From an uncultured bacterium (GTDB taxonomy: Bacteria > Patescibacteriota > Minisyncoccia > Phycocordibacterales > GWA1-40-21): DNA of 64,000 nucleotides. How positions within the stretch are numbered: the stretch's first letter is position 1; each line of letters opens with the position of its first letter. A program made the position numbers and the translations under genes. This document shows, piece by piece, positions 28,524 to 38,127 of this stretch. Below the pieces are notes generated by a model. That model was given only the letters and a program-made list of their open reading frames with translations. It was not told the DNA's origin and searched no databases. Location: contig CAIJUJ010000021.1 in NCBI GenBank assembly GCA_903823865.1, positions 6,732 through 70,731 of the forward strand. The letters are read 5' to 3'.

Positions 28524-28724
28524 AGTTTTTACTGATGCATTATGCAATTTCCATATTTACTAAAGTAATAAAAATTAATTATTCATTGTTTATAAAAAAT
28601 AAAATAAGAAAAATAACATTGCATAATGCAAAAAAGTTATTTAAAAATATTATCAATAATAAATTTAAATAAGTTATAGAATTTAGTCACTCATAACTTT
28701 TTATCAGTAAAAATTTTCTCGGGT
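28515..28724 (+). mobile_element. 210-nt inverted-repeat element (copy 2) supplying the upstream gene's stop codon
   Basis: Same termini as 9805-10036; internal IR tgcattatgcaat/attgcataatgca. Confidence 0.75.
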
Positions 28725-28738
28725 AAATAAAACAAAAC

Positions 28739-30763
28739 ATGATATATAATCAACAAAATCAAAACAATCACGGTGGAAGAAAATTCATACCAAAAAGAAA
28801 TCCTTCTTTCGGACAAAACCATTCTACAACCCACCACACAAATAGTGGATCGTTTTCTGCTACTACACATGTGGTAAATACAAACACCAAATCTTTTGTA
28901 GCTGAAAATTTAAATAGACCAGAGACATTATTGGCAAATCAAACAAAAAAGAAACTCATCTTTGTAAGAAAAAGCCCAACGCACAACAACACAAATCAAA
29001 ATAACCCACAAAAACATACAGTAAAAAAACATGGCGTCAGAAAAGTAACATCTGAGGTTGCCACAAAAAAAGAACAAGTTATTCCAGCACTTGCCGAAGG
29101 AAACATAAGAATAATTCCGCTTGGAGGTGTTGAGGGTATAGGACAAAATATGACCGCCATTGAATACGGCGATGATATAATCGTCATAGACGCTGGTATA
29201 CAGTTTAAAACAGAAGAAACTCCTGGAATTGACTACATTCTTCCAAATACCAAATATCTCGAACAAAGAAAAGGCAAAATACGTGGTTTAGTAATAACAC
29301 ACGGCCACTTGGATCACATTGGTGCAATACCTTTTGTTATGGAGTCTTTGGGTAACTGCCCAATATACACAAGAGAATTTGGTGCGCTACTTATTAAAAA
29401 ACGACAATCAGAATTCCCCCACCTTCCAGAGTTAAATATAAAAATGATAGATAAAAATACAGATTTTTTACCTATTGGCACAAATTTAAAAATTAAGTTC
29501 TTTGGTATTACCCACGCTATTCCAGATTCAGCTGGCGTAATCATAGCAACACCGCACGGAGATATTGTTTGTACCGGTGATGTGAGAGTTGATAATACTA
29601 ATGGCACACCAAAAGAAAAGGAGTTCGAACAGTACAAAATGTTTAAAGACAGAAAAGTTTTATTGCTTATGATGGATTCTACTGGAATTGAAAAACCAGG
29701 TTGGGGTATATCTGAAGACTTAGTCATTTCAACAATTGATAATATTGTAAAAAATGTCACGGGTAGAATAATCATTGCTACTTTTTCATCTCAGGTGGAA
29801 AGAATTTTACATTTTATAAGAATGTCAGAAAAATATGGTAAAAAATTAGTCATTGAAGGAAGAAGCATGAAAAATAATGTGGAAATTATTAAATTTCTAA
29901 AACTTGCTGACACAAAACATATTATTGATGTAAAAGATATGCACGACTACCCTCCTCATAAACTCATGATACTTTCAACAGGGGCACAGGGTGAAGAGTT
30001 TGCTGGTTTGATGAGAATGTCAAATAACACTCACAAAGAAATTAAATTAAACAAAACAGACACAATTATTTTGTCTTCATCAGTTATCCCAGGAAATGAA
30101 AGAGCCGTTGCAGACTTGAAAGACAATTTGTACAGACATGATTCTAAAATAATTACTTATACTGACACGGATGTTCACGCTGGTGGTCACGGAAAAAGAT
30201 CTGAACTTGAATGGATTCATAGACAAATCCCCTACAAATTCTTCATGCCATATCACGGCCATCATTATATGCTTAAAATGCATGCCGAACTTTCAATGAA
30301 TATTGGTACTCCGAAAGAAAATATTATTGTACCAGATAATGGAAGTGTAGTTGAAATAGTAGAAAATGGTTCAAAAATAAAAATGTTAAAAGAAAAAGCA
30401 CCTTCGGGAATTGTGATGGTGGACGGATTCTCTGTTGGAGATGTTCAGGAAGTTGTTATTCGTGATAGACAAATGCTTGCACAAGATGGAATGTTTGTAA
30501 TTATTGCAAGTATAGATGTAAATCTTGGTAAACTAAAAAAATCTCCAGATATTATTTCAAGAGGTTTTGTTTATTTGAAAGAATCACAAGATTTACTGAA
30601 AAACACCAGAATTATTATTAAGAGAACAATTGAAGAAGGCGCTATTGGTAAACCAATAAATTTTGATATGCTAAAGGATGCGATTACTGATAATGTCAGT
30701 AGATATTTATTCCAAGAAACAGCAAAAAAACCGATGGTGATACCTGTGGTGATTGGGGTCTAA
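28739..30763 (+). CDS. rnj: Ribonuclease J with low-complexity N-terminal extension
   Basis: IIPLGG, THGHLDHIGA, STGAQGE, SPDIISRGFVY. Confidence 0.93.
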   Translation: MIYNQQNQNNHGGRKFIPKRNPSFGQNHSTTHHTNSGSFSATTHVVNTNTKSFVAENLNRPETLLANQTKKKLIFVRKSPTHNNTNQNNPQKHTVKKHGVRKVTSEVATKKEQVIPALAEGNIRIIPLGGVEGIGQNMTAIEYGDDIIVIDAGIQFKTEETPGIDYILPNTKYLEQRKGKIRGLVITHGHLDHIGAIPFVMESLGNCPIYTREFGALLIKKRQSEFPHLPELNIKMIDKNTDFLPIGTNLKIKFFGITHAIPDSAGVIIATPHGDIVCTGDVRVDNTNGTPKEKEFEQYKMFKDRKVLLLMMDSTGIEKPGWGISEDLVISTIDNIVKNVTGRIIIATFSSQVERILHFIRMSEKYGKKLVIEGRSMKNNVEIIKFLKLADTKHIIDVKDMHDYPPHKLMILSTGAQGEEFAGLMRMSNNTHKEIKLNKTDTIILSSSVIPGNERAVADLKDNLYRHDSKIITYTDTDVHAGGHGKRSELEWIHRQIPYKFFMPYHGHHYMLKMHAELSMNIGTPKENIIVPDNGSVVEIVENGSKIKMLKEKAPSGIVMVDGFSVGDVQEVVIRDRQMLAQDGMFVIIASIDVNLGKLKKSPDIISRGFVYLKESQDLLKNTRIIIKRTIEEGAIGKPINFDMLKDAITDNVSRYLFQETAKKPMVIPVVIGV

Positions 30764-30810
30764 AAAACAAAACAAAAGGCCGATTTGCTTCGCAAATCGG
30801 CCTTTTGATT

Positions 30811-31983
30811 TTATAGTGTGTCTTTGATAGTTAAAGTATATCTTATGGCAAATATCATCAATAATCCTAAAATATAAAAAATACCATATATGGGCATAAA
30901 CATCATTAGAATAACAGCAATCAGTGGAGCAACAACGTACGCAAAAGAACCCACAAGTCTGTAAAAGTTTATAATGCTCAAGTTTTTATCATTAACCTGC
31001 TTGAAAAAATAGGTGTCATTCATGACCTCAACTATAGCAGCTCCAGTTCTTCCAACAAACAAAATAATTGTCCAAATTAGAATACTTCTATTGTGGACGA
31101 GCGGTATAATTGCAGTTGAAACCCCCATTAAAATATAACCCAGAGTAAGTAACTCTTTTTCGCCTAATTTTTTATCTGCCAAATAACCAAGCGGTATTTG
31201 AACAACAACGAATGGAATGAGTGCTATCGAAAAAATAATTCCACTTGTAACAAAATCAAAACCAACATAATGATTTAAATAAATTGTTCCGTAAATTACC
31301 ATCCAAGAGTAAAAAAACTGCAACATAAAACCAGAGGTTATAATATTCTTAATGTTTTTGTTCGAGCTAATACTTTTAATTGTTTCAAACATATTAAATG
31401 TTGTATAATCCGGATCTTTAAAATCTTTTAGACTCGAGGTGATAATAAAGAGTATCGGTATCATAATCAGTGCAACAATTAAATAAATCATTCTGAATGA
31501 AAATTGTTCAACGATAATACCGGCAAGCCATGGGGAAAATAGCCAAGCAAGATTTAAACTCGTTAAATATGTACCCCTTATCCCACCCGTTACCATATCG
31601 GGAGAATTATGTTCAATAAAGATATCAAAATTAAAATATATAGCTGTAGATAAAGCTCCGGAAATCAGGAAACAAAACAGTACAAGAAAAGTACTGTGGA
31701 AAAATGCTAGCCCCAAAAAATTTATAAAATACAATATTGATAAATAAAGGGTAATTTTATAATTGCCAAACTTTTTTAATAATTTTGGTATATAAATTAA
31801 AGCCACCAAAGAAAAGACGGCATTGAGTGCAAAAATAAGCCCCACTGCCTGTTGTGTCGTAAGACTTTGAATAAAACTGGAATTAATATAAGCTGGTATA
31901 GAAGCCGTAAAAGCAAAAATAAAACTTAAAATATACAAAATAAATAATTTTGATTTTCTAAAATTTGAAAAATTTATGCTCAT
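30811..31983 (-). CDS. MFS transporter
   Basis: ~12 TM; GYLADKKLGEK loop motif. Confidence 0.85.
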   Translation of the reverse strand: MSINFSNFRKSKLFILYILSFIFAFTASIPAYINSSFIQSLTTQQAVGLIFALNAVFSLVALIYIPKLLKKFGNYKITLYLSILYFINFLGLAFFHSTFLVLFCFLISGALSTAIYFNFDIFIEHNSPDMVTGGIRGTYLTSLNLAWLFSPWLAGIIVEQFSFRMIYLIVALIMIPILFIITSSLKDFKDPDYTTFNMFETIKSISSNKNIKNIITSGFMLQFFYSWMVIYGTIYLNHYVGFDFVTSGIIFSIALIPFVVVQIPLGYLADKKLGEKELLTLGYILMGVSTAIIPLVHNRSILIWTIILFVGRTGAAIVEVMNDTYFFKQVNDKNLSIINFYRLVGSFAYVVAPLIAVILMMFMPIYGIFYILGLLMIFAIRYTLTIKDTL

Positions 31984-31990
31984 GTTTTTA

Positions 31991-32770
31991 TTATACTATA
32001 TTTTTATTTATTTTAATTGTCTCAATACACATAAACATTGGTATTTCCTTTCTAGCAACATCTTCAGCTTTTTGTCTTGGTCCATTTTGACTCTTTTTAT
32101 TGGAAATCCATTCTTCAAGCTTTGAAACAACAAAATGATTCTCATTAAGCGCTCGGAAATATGACTGCAGTGGCCTATGAAAAGATTTGGTGTATTGTTT
32201 AAATTTTTGTATCTTTTCTCCGGGGTTCATATCAATATTAATATTTATTTCTGACAAATATTTCTCAACTTTTCTAAATTGAACTTTATTTTTAACATCA
32301 TATCCCCAATCGCTCTTTTTTGGTACACGAAAAGCTGGATGATTTAACACGACAAATAATTTTCCGCTGTCTTTCAAAACTCTTGCACATTCTTTCACAA
32401 CAGCACTAAAATTTTCAATATTTTGAAGTGCTAAAACAATTGAAATCTTATCAATTGTTTTACTTTGTATAAAAAGCAAACTATCTGCAGAAGAAACAAA
32501 ATAAGTTTCATTCGTATTAGAGTTTTTCTTCGCAAGTTTAATAAGTTCCTCAGAAATATCTACCCCTATTACTTTTTCACAAAATTTTGCATATTCATGA
32601 GAGAAAAAACCTTGCCCACAAGCAAGATCCAAAACCGTATCGGTTTTATTAATTTCCATCAATTTTAACAAGTTTGGTAAAATTACTTGATTTTGATAAG
32701 TATTTTCTTTTTTAAGCAAATCATTATACCAATTTGATACATTCCCCCATGAAGTCAGCTGCTTTTTCAT
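31991..32770 (-). CDS. Class I SAM-dependent methyltransferase
   Basis: VLDLACGQG, GVDIS. Confidence 0.88.
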   Translation of the reverse strand: MKKQLTSWGNVSNWYNDLLKKENTYQNQVILPNLLKLMEINKTDTVLDLACGQGFFSHEYAKFCEKVIGVDISEELIKLAKKNSNTNETYFVSSADSLLFIQSKTIDKISIVLALQNIENFSAVVKECARVLKDSGKLFVVLNHPAFRVPKKSDWGYDVKNKVQFRKVEKYLSEININIDMNPGEKIQKFKQYTKSFHRPLQSYFRALNENHFVVSKLEEWISNKKSQNGPRQKAEDVARKEIPMFMCIETIKINKNIV

Positions 32771-32772
32771 TT

Positions 32773-33222
32773 TTATTTTAATATTACTGGAATAAATATT
32801 GACTGGTCAAAATCTGGATTGCCAGATGGATTATCCTTATTCAAAACTAATAATGCTCTTCTGGTGCTTGTCGCTTTTGTATAAGTAAGTTCTGCATTAA
32901 AATTTACAAAATCAGTTGTCATCCAATCACTTTCTGCTTTTGCTGCCGTTGAAGCTAAAATATTTCCATCTGCATCAACAAGTTGGATTGGAAAAGATGC
33001 TTCAAAAAACCAGTTTCCTCTTGCTTTACCAACTATTTTTATTGGGTTTGAAACGACTTGGTTATCTTTAATATTATTCACAACAATCGGCATTTCAGTA
33101 GTTGAAGTTGAATTCACATCAATTTGTGATAATTTAGTTCCTCTTCTTCCCCAATCAAAAACGAGCACAAGCAAAGTGATGATAATTATAATTATTACTG
33201 TAAATATAATAAATCTTTTCAT
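32773..33222 (-). CDS. Gmad2-type immunoglobulin-like domain protein
   Basis: GKARGNWFFEASFP...WMTTDFV...KDNPSG. Confidence 0.8.
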   Translation of the reverse strand: MKRFIIFTVIIIIIITLLVLVFDWGRRGTKLSQIDVNSTSTTEMPIVVNNIKDNQVVSNPIKIVGKARGNWFFEASFPIQLVDADGNILASTAAKAESDWMTTDFVNFNAELTYTKATSTRRALLVLNKDNPSGNPDFDQSIFIPVILK

Positions 33223-33236
33223 ATAAATATAACCAA

Positions 33237-33680
33237 TCAGTTATTCTTTGTTGTGGTTGAGTTTATTGTAGAGCTAGAGGAAATAATCCATGTCGGATAA
33301 CCTTGAATACCTTTGTCTATACAAAGTTGGGTATTGTCTGGACATTCAACATAGTTAATATATTTGAAAGAATCTCCAAAAGCAGCTTTCTGGTCTTTAC
33401 AGTGAGGACACCATTCAGCGCCATACATCACAGCACCTTTTTGAGTCAAACATTTAGCAAATTCATCATAATTTTTATTTGTTGGCAAAACACACTCTGT
33501 ACTTGATGCAAGTGTTTGCATTGTTTTTTCTCCTTCAAATCCTTCAATCCTAATACCATTATTTGATATAACGGGTTTAGAAGTTTTGTACAAAACAGCA
33601 AATATAAGAACAGCGATAATAACTAACACAGCAAAACTCATAATTATTATATTCCCCTTGCTTATTTTTTCGTCTTTCAT
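33237..33680 (-). CDS. Membrane-anchored thioredoxin-like protein
   Basis: MYGAEWCPHC...YVEC...GIQGYPTW. Confidence 0.85.
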   Translation of the reverse strand: MKDEKISKGNIIIMSFAVLVIIAVLIFAVLYKTSKPVISNNGIRIEGFEGEKTMQTLASSTECVLPTNKNYDEFAKCLTQKGAVMYGAEWCPHCKDQKAAFGDSFKYINYVECPDNTQLCIDKGIQGYPTWIISSSSTINSTTTKNN

Positions 33681-33692
33681 TTTATTTTAATT

Positions 33693-34184
33693 TTATTTTT
33701 CATCACAACAATTCACGAGTTTGGCCATAATATCGTTCATCGTCATTGGTTTATTTTCGCTCGCTGTATTTGGCACATTAACTATTTTTAATCTTATCGC
33801 AAAAAACATATTGAACATTTTGTAAGCATTTTGAAACATTTCTTTTGCTTCTTCCTTTTTGTTATCAGATTGAAGTTTGGTGCCAACTTCCATAAGCCTC
33901 ATTGATGTCGCCAATAAATGTTTTGAAATACACCAAGCCTCACCTTCGGTTTTATCTATCATTCTTGCTAGAAGTTTCGCACGAAGAGAACGAATTTCCT
34001 GCAACATATCAAAATATTCAGGTTTATTTATTTTTGCACCAGTAAAGAAAAAATGCTCTTCGAGACTGATGAGATTCATAATGGCTATTGCCAAATCCTC
34101 TTCTGTAGAAAGATCAAGATTTTTACCTTGCTTAAATGCTTCAACCTTCTTCATTATTTCTTCATAATTCATTTCTTTTTTCAT
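33693..34184 (-). CDS. Hypothetical protein with C-terminal CC
   Basis: 163-aa ORF in operon; EAWCISKHLL. Confidence 0.75.
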   Translation of the reverse strand: MKKEMNYEEIMKKVEAFKQGKNLDLSTEEDLAIAIMNLISLEEHFFFTGAKINKPEYFDMLQEIRSLRAKLLARMIDKTEGEAWCISKHLLATSMRLMEVGTKLQSDNKKEEAKEMFQNAYKMFNMFFAIRLKIVNVPNTASENKPMTMNDIMAKLVNCCDEK

Positions 34185-34224
34185 AAAATTTTACTTTATA
34201 TACTTTCGACTTTCTAACTAATTC

Positions 34225-35013
34225 TTAGTTTATCATAAAAACCAACGAACCCAAAAGTATCATTATAAGTGCAATCCAAATTCTCGCTTGTTTCGTTTCT
34301 GCCTTTCTGATTTTATCCATCGTCTCCAAAACCTTTTTGTTTACAGCAATACCAAGGGCAACAAGCAAAGGTAAAACAAACATAAAATTATAAAACAAAA
34401 GATAAGCCGTACCTTTCAAAATATTATGCTGGTCATGCAAAAGTCCCAAAACAAATAAATATGGCCCACCGGTGCATGGGAATTCAAAAAGACCAACAAC
34501 AATACCAAGAATAAAAGATGCGGGTAAAGTTGCTTTTTCTATAAGCACTGAGATTCTCCCGTAAGCAAATTTTGGAATTTTTAGTTTGATTGGGAAACTT
34601 GGAAAAAATTCATTAATAAGTGCAACTAAACCAAAAAGGATTAAGGCAGTGGCACCAACTTTTGACATTAGGTTTGGAATATTAAATAGACTTAATGCTT
34701 TTAACAAACCCAAACCAATAAAAATATAAGTGGCGAATATTCCAAAAACATAAGCGAGTCCAGCCCAAACAATATCCCTTCTTTTTCTTCCAAGGCTAAA
34801 TAAAAAAGTTATAGTTAAAAATAAAACAGAAAAAGCACATGGATTTACGCTATCAATAAGTGCCGCGGAGCCAACAAGTGCCGGCATCCAACCTTTATAG
34901 GTTCTCATATCTGGGACATGAAGCTGAAAAACGCCCGAATATAAAAGTATTAGTCCAACGATAATTATAAGAAAAATTGCAACGGAAAAAATTTTGCGTT
35001 TATCAAAATTCAT
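34225..35013 (-). CDS. CcdA/DsbD-type thiol-disulfide transporter
   Basis: DSVNPCAF and FEFPCTGGPY Pro-Cys motifs; 6-7 TM. Confidence 0.85.
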   Translation of the reverse strand: MNFDKRKIFSVAIFLIIIVGLILLYSGVFQLHVPDMRTYKGWMPALVGSAALIDSVNPCAFSVLFLTITFLFSLGRKRRDIVWAGLAYVFGIFATYIFIGLGLLKALSLFNIPNLMSKVGATALILFGLVALINEFFPSFPIKLKIPKFAYGRISVLIEKATLPASFILGIVVGLFEFPCTGGPYLFVLGLLHDQHNILKGTAYLLFYNFMFVLPLLVALGIAVNKKVLETMDKIRKAETKQARIWIALIMILLGSLVFMIN

Positions 35014-35099
35014 AAAATGATTATAACATAATTTATTACTTTTCGAAGATGTAATATCAATTAATAGCTTTAGTTAAATATTTATATAAAAAAACCCCC

Positions 35100-35399
35100 C
35101 TATACAAACTGGGGGGCTCCTCTAACATAAGTATTAAGTTCGATGATAGCCATTCGATGTTCGATCGTAATCTCCGGTAATTTTACTTTATTTGACAGAA
35201 TATCGAGACAGTAATCCTCGACAAATTCTGGAACATCTGCAACAAACAAGCGTTTACTGCTATCTATTTCGCAAAATTCCAAAAAATATCCCATAATACT
35301 TTTTTGTGATATCTTTGGTACTTTTTTTTCAAATGCAAAATGAAAAAGGACAATTGGGTGAATGTTATATCTTATACAGACCAGTATAAACATTTCCAT
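35100..35399 (-). CDS. Hypothetical protein
   Basis: 99-aa ORF with GGGAGGTG SD. Confidence 0.55.
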   Translation of the reverse strand: MEMFILVCIRYNIHPIVLFHFAFEKKVPKISQKSIMGYFLEFCEIDSSKRLFVADVPEFVEDYCLDILSNKVKLPEITIEHRMAIIELNTYVRGAPQFV

Positions 35400-35544
35400 A
35401 TCACACCTCCCAATTCAGATTTTGAAACTAAAGCGATTACTATTTGTTCATCTAGTGATAATAATGTACTATTTCGATATTATTGTAAAGACGTGCATAT
35501 TATTAAATAATAAAAAACACCCCACCGGGGTGTTTTTTAAAATA

Positions 35545-35661
35545 CTATTTAATTTTTCTCTTTCTATTTGCAATTCTTGCATTTTTTATTGCAAGTCGCT
35601 TTTTTGTTTTTTTAGAACGAGAAGCTTTATTCTTAGTATTTACTGCCATTCGTTTTGCCAT
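35545..35661 (-). CDS. 38-aa very basic protein MAKRMAVNTKNKASRSKKTKKRLAIKNARIANRKRKIK
   Basis: Internal ATG of listed ORF, clear of the divergent gene; terminator follows. Confidence 0.6.
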   Translation of the reverse strand: MAKRMAVNTKNKASRSKKTKKRLAIKNARIANRKRKIK

Positions 35662-35743
35662 AATACTCACATCATATACTAAATTCCTAAAAATAACAAC
35701 AAACATTGGTGCAAAAATTACAAAAAAATGATAAAGTTTTATT

Positions 35744-37045
35744 ATGCGAAACAATATTGTATATGAAGGTGCAGACCAGCTTACGTACGAAATACGCGAG
35801 ATTGTAAATGTTGCCGAAAAAATTGCAAAAACTGGCGTAGAAATCGCTTGGGAAAATATCGGCGATCCAGTAGCAAAAGGTGAAAAAGTCCCACAATGGA
35901 TTAAAGATGTCGTTTCCGATATTACCAAAAATGACGATAGTTCATACGGCTATTCCCCTACTCGTGGACTTTTGGCAACTCGTGAATATATATCAAAAGA
36001 GAGAAATCTTGAAGGTGGAATTCAAATAAAACCTGATGATATTTTATTTTTCAACGGACTTGGAGATGCAATTTCAAAAGTTTATACATATCTCAATTCC
36101 AAAGCTAGAGTCATTGGACCAAACCCAGCATACTCAACACACTCTTCTGCTGAAGCTGGACACGCGGACTCACCACACATTACTTACAGACTAGATCCAA
36201 ACAATCATTGGTATCCGGATTTGGAAGATTTACGTGTAAAAATAAAAGCGAACAAAGATATAAGCGGAATTTTGATTGTAAACCCCGACAATCCAACTGG
36301 AATGGTTTATCCGAAAGAAATTTTGAAACAAATAGTTGAGATTGCAAAAGAATTTAAACTTTTTATCGTTTCAGATGAGATTTATTCAAATCTTTCTTAT
36401 GGTGCCGAGCATTTTAAACTTGCATCTGTCATTGGTGATGTTCCTGGACTTGCACTTCGTGGCATTTCAAAAGAATTCCCTTGGCCAGGAGCAAGATGTG
36501 GCTGGGCTGAATTTTATAATTGTGATAAAGATGCAGATTTTGCACGATACGCAAAAACACTTTTGGATGCAAAAATGCTTGAGGTCTGCTCTACGACTTT
36601 GCCACAAAAAGTTTTGCCAAAAGTTATGAGTGATTCAAGATATTATCCATATTTAGCTGAAAGAGGGAAAAATTATCAGAAAAAAGCAGACATTGCTTAT
36701 GAAATATTTTCAAAAATTTCAGAGCTTATACTTCACAAACCAAATGGTGCTTTTTATATGACAGTGGTTTTTAAAAATAACGTTTTAAATAATAAACAAA
36801 AACTTTTACCAGCCAATCCCGAGGCTTGGAAAATTATAGAAAAAATTGGTGACACAGACAAACTTGATAAAAGATTTGTTTATCAACTTCTCGCCTCTCG
36901 TGGTATTTGTGTTGTTCCTCTTTCTTCTGGTTTCAATTCAGACTTATATGGTTTTCGCATAACTTTACTTGAACAAAATGAAGAAAAATTTAAGAAAATT
37001 ATTGAAACAATAGCAGAAGCGATAAAAGAATATATAAAAATTTAG
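35744..37045 (+). CDS. PLP-dependent aminotransferase class I/II
   Basis: ENIGDP, NPDNPTG, SDEIY, GISKEFPWPGARCGW. Confidence 0.92.
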   Translation: MRNNIVYEGADQLTYEIREIVNVAEKIAKTGVEIAWENIGDPVAKGEKVPQWIKDVVSDITKNDDSSYGYSPTRGLLATREYISKERNLEGGIQIKPDDILFFNGLGDAISKVYTYLNSKARVIGPNPAYSTHSSAEAGHADSPHITYRLDPNNHWYPDLEDLRVKIKANKDISGILIVNPDNPTGMVYPKEILKQIVEIAKEFKLFIVSDEIYSNLSYGAEHFKLASVIGDVPGLALRGISKEFPWPGARCGWAEFYNCDKDADFARYAKTLLDAKMLEVCSTTLPQKVLPKVMSDSRYYPYLAERGKNYQKKADIAYEIFSKISELILHKPNGAFYMTVVFKNNVLNNKQKLLPANPEAWKIIEKIGDTDKLDKRFVYQLLASRGICVVPLSSGFNSDLYGFRITLLEQNEEKFKKIIETIAEAIKEYIKI

Positions 37046-37047
37046 TC

Positions 37048-37614
37048 ATGAAAAAAGAAGTTGAAATATTAGTTGAAGTTTTTGATAAAAAGAAAAAAGC
37101 CATAAAAAAGCTCAGTATGTGTAAATTTTTAGGAAATAATAAAACCTTAGATATTTATATATTTGATCCAAAAAGTAATTCTTTGAAACCTGATAAAAAT
37201 GGACAGCTTAAAAATTGTCTACGTATCAGAAGTAAAAATAGAAAAACTTATGTTGCTTATAAAGTTGATTATTTTGATAAAAAAGGAATTTGGTTATATT
37301 CAGATGAACATGAAATAGAAACTTCTGATTTTAAAAACACACTACAAATATTTAAAAAATTAGGATACAAAGAATTAGTAAAAATAGAAAATATAAAATC
37401 AACATTTATAACACCTAAATATGAAGTGGTACTTGAGGATGTAAAAAACCTTGGTTATTTTATGGAAGTCGAAAGACATAATGTAAAATCTAATGAAAAT
37501 ATAGTAAAAGTAAAAAAAGAAATTTGGGCTTGGATACAAAAACTTGGTATAAATGTTGGATTAGAACTTAAAATGGGTAAACCGGAATTGATGTTGAGGA
37601 AAAGAACAAAATAA
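37048..37614 (+). CDS. CYTH domain protein (class IV adenylate cyclase-like)
   Basis: EVE N-terminus, LRIR, DVKNLGYFMEVE. Confidence 0.8.
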   Translation: MKKEVEILVEVFDKKKKAIKKLSMCKFLGNNKTLDIYIFDPKSNSLKPDKNGQLKNCLRIRSKNRKTYVAYKVDYFDKKGIWLYSDEHEIETSDFKNTLQIFKKLGYKELVKIENIKSTFITPKYEVVLEDVKNLGYFMEVERHNVKSNENIVKVKKEIWAWIQKLGINVGLELKMGKPELMLRKRTK

Positions 37615-37622
37615 ATTTTATT

Positions 37623-37910
37623 ATGGCAAAATTAACTTTAGGTGGAAAAATTACGAATAGTCATTCATCTCTTACTGAAACCGCTGAAAAATTGGTTGTA
37701 AAAGCAGTCAAATTAGAACTTATCTCAAAAATCAGCATTTCAACAATTACGCATGTTGGCGGTGGAAGAAAAAGTTTAAAATTTCTCCCCATTACCGGTG
37801 GTGTTAAAGCTGTTGTTCGCGGTAGCGGTTCAGTTCAAGATATTTATATTTACACAACAAATCCAGAAGTTACAAAATTTGATTTGGAAAAAATATTCTT
37901 AAATATTTAG
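37623..37910 (+). CDS. DUF2103-like small protein
   Basis: GGKITNSHSS...VRGSGSVQDIYI. Confidence 0.6.
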   Translation: MAKLTLGGKITNSHSSLTETAEKLVVKAVKLELISKISISTITHVGGGRKSLKFLPITGGVKAVVRGSGSVQDIYIYTTNPEVTKFDLEKIFLNI

Positions 37911-37999
37911 TTTTTGTGCGAAGCAAACTATGTTAGACTAATATAAAATATATTATGTCAAAAATAATAAAAAACCCATTAAAGAATTTTCTAAGAATT

Positions 38000-38110
38000 G
38001 GTCTTTGCGAGTAAAATGTGAGGAAGCAAAAGTCTTTGCTTCCGCAAGACCTTGAATGTTTTGTAATCAAAATGTGAAAGGTGTACAGTTCCTGTAAGGA
38101 ACAATCCAGG
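38000..38110 (+). repeat. Type-B core module not linked to a tRNA
   Basis: accttga...gaaaggtgtac...tgtaa hairpin as at 15553-15625; ends gtctttgcgag...aatccagg as at 40407-40442. Confidence 0.65.
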
Positions 38111-38127
38111 TTAAATAAATAAACATT

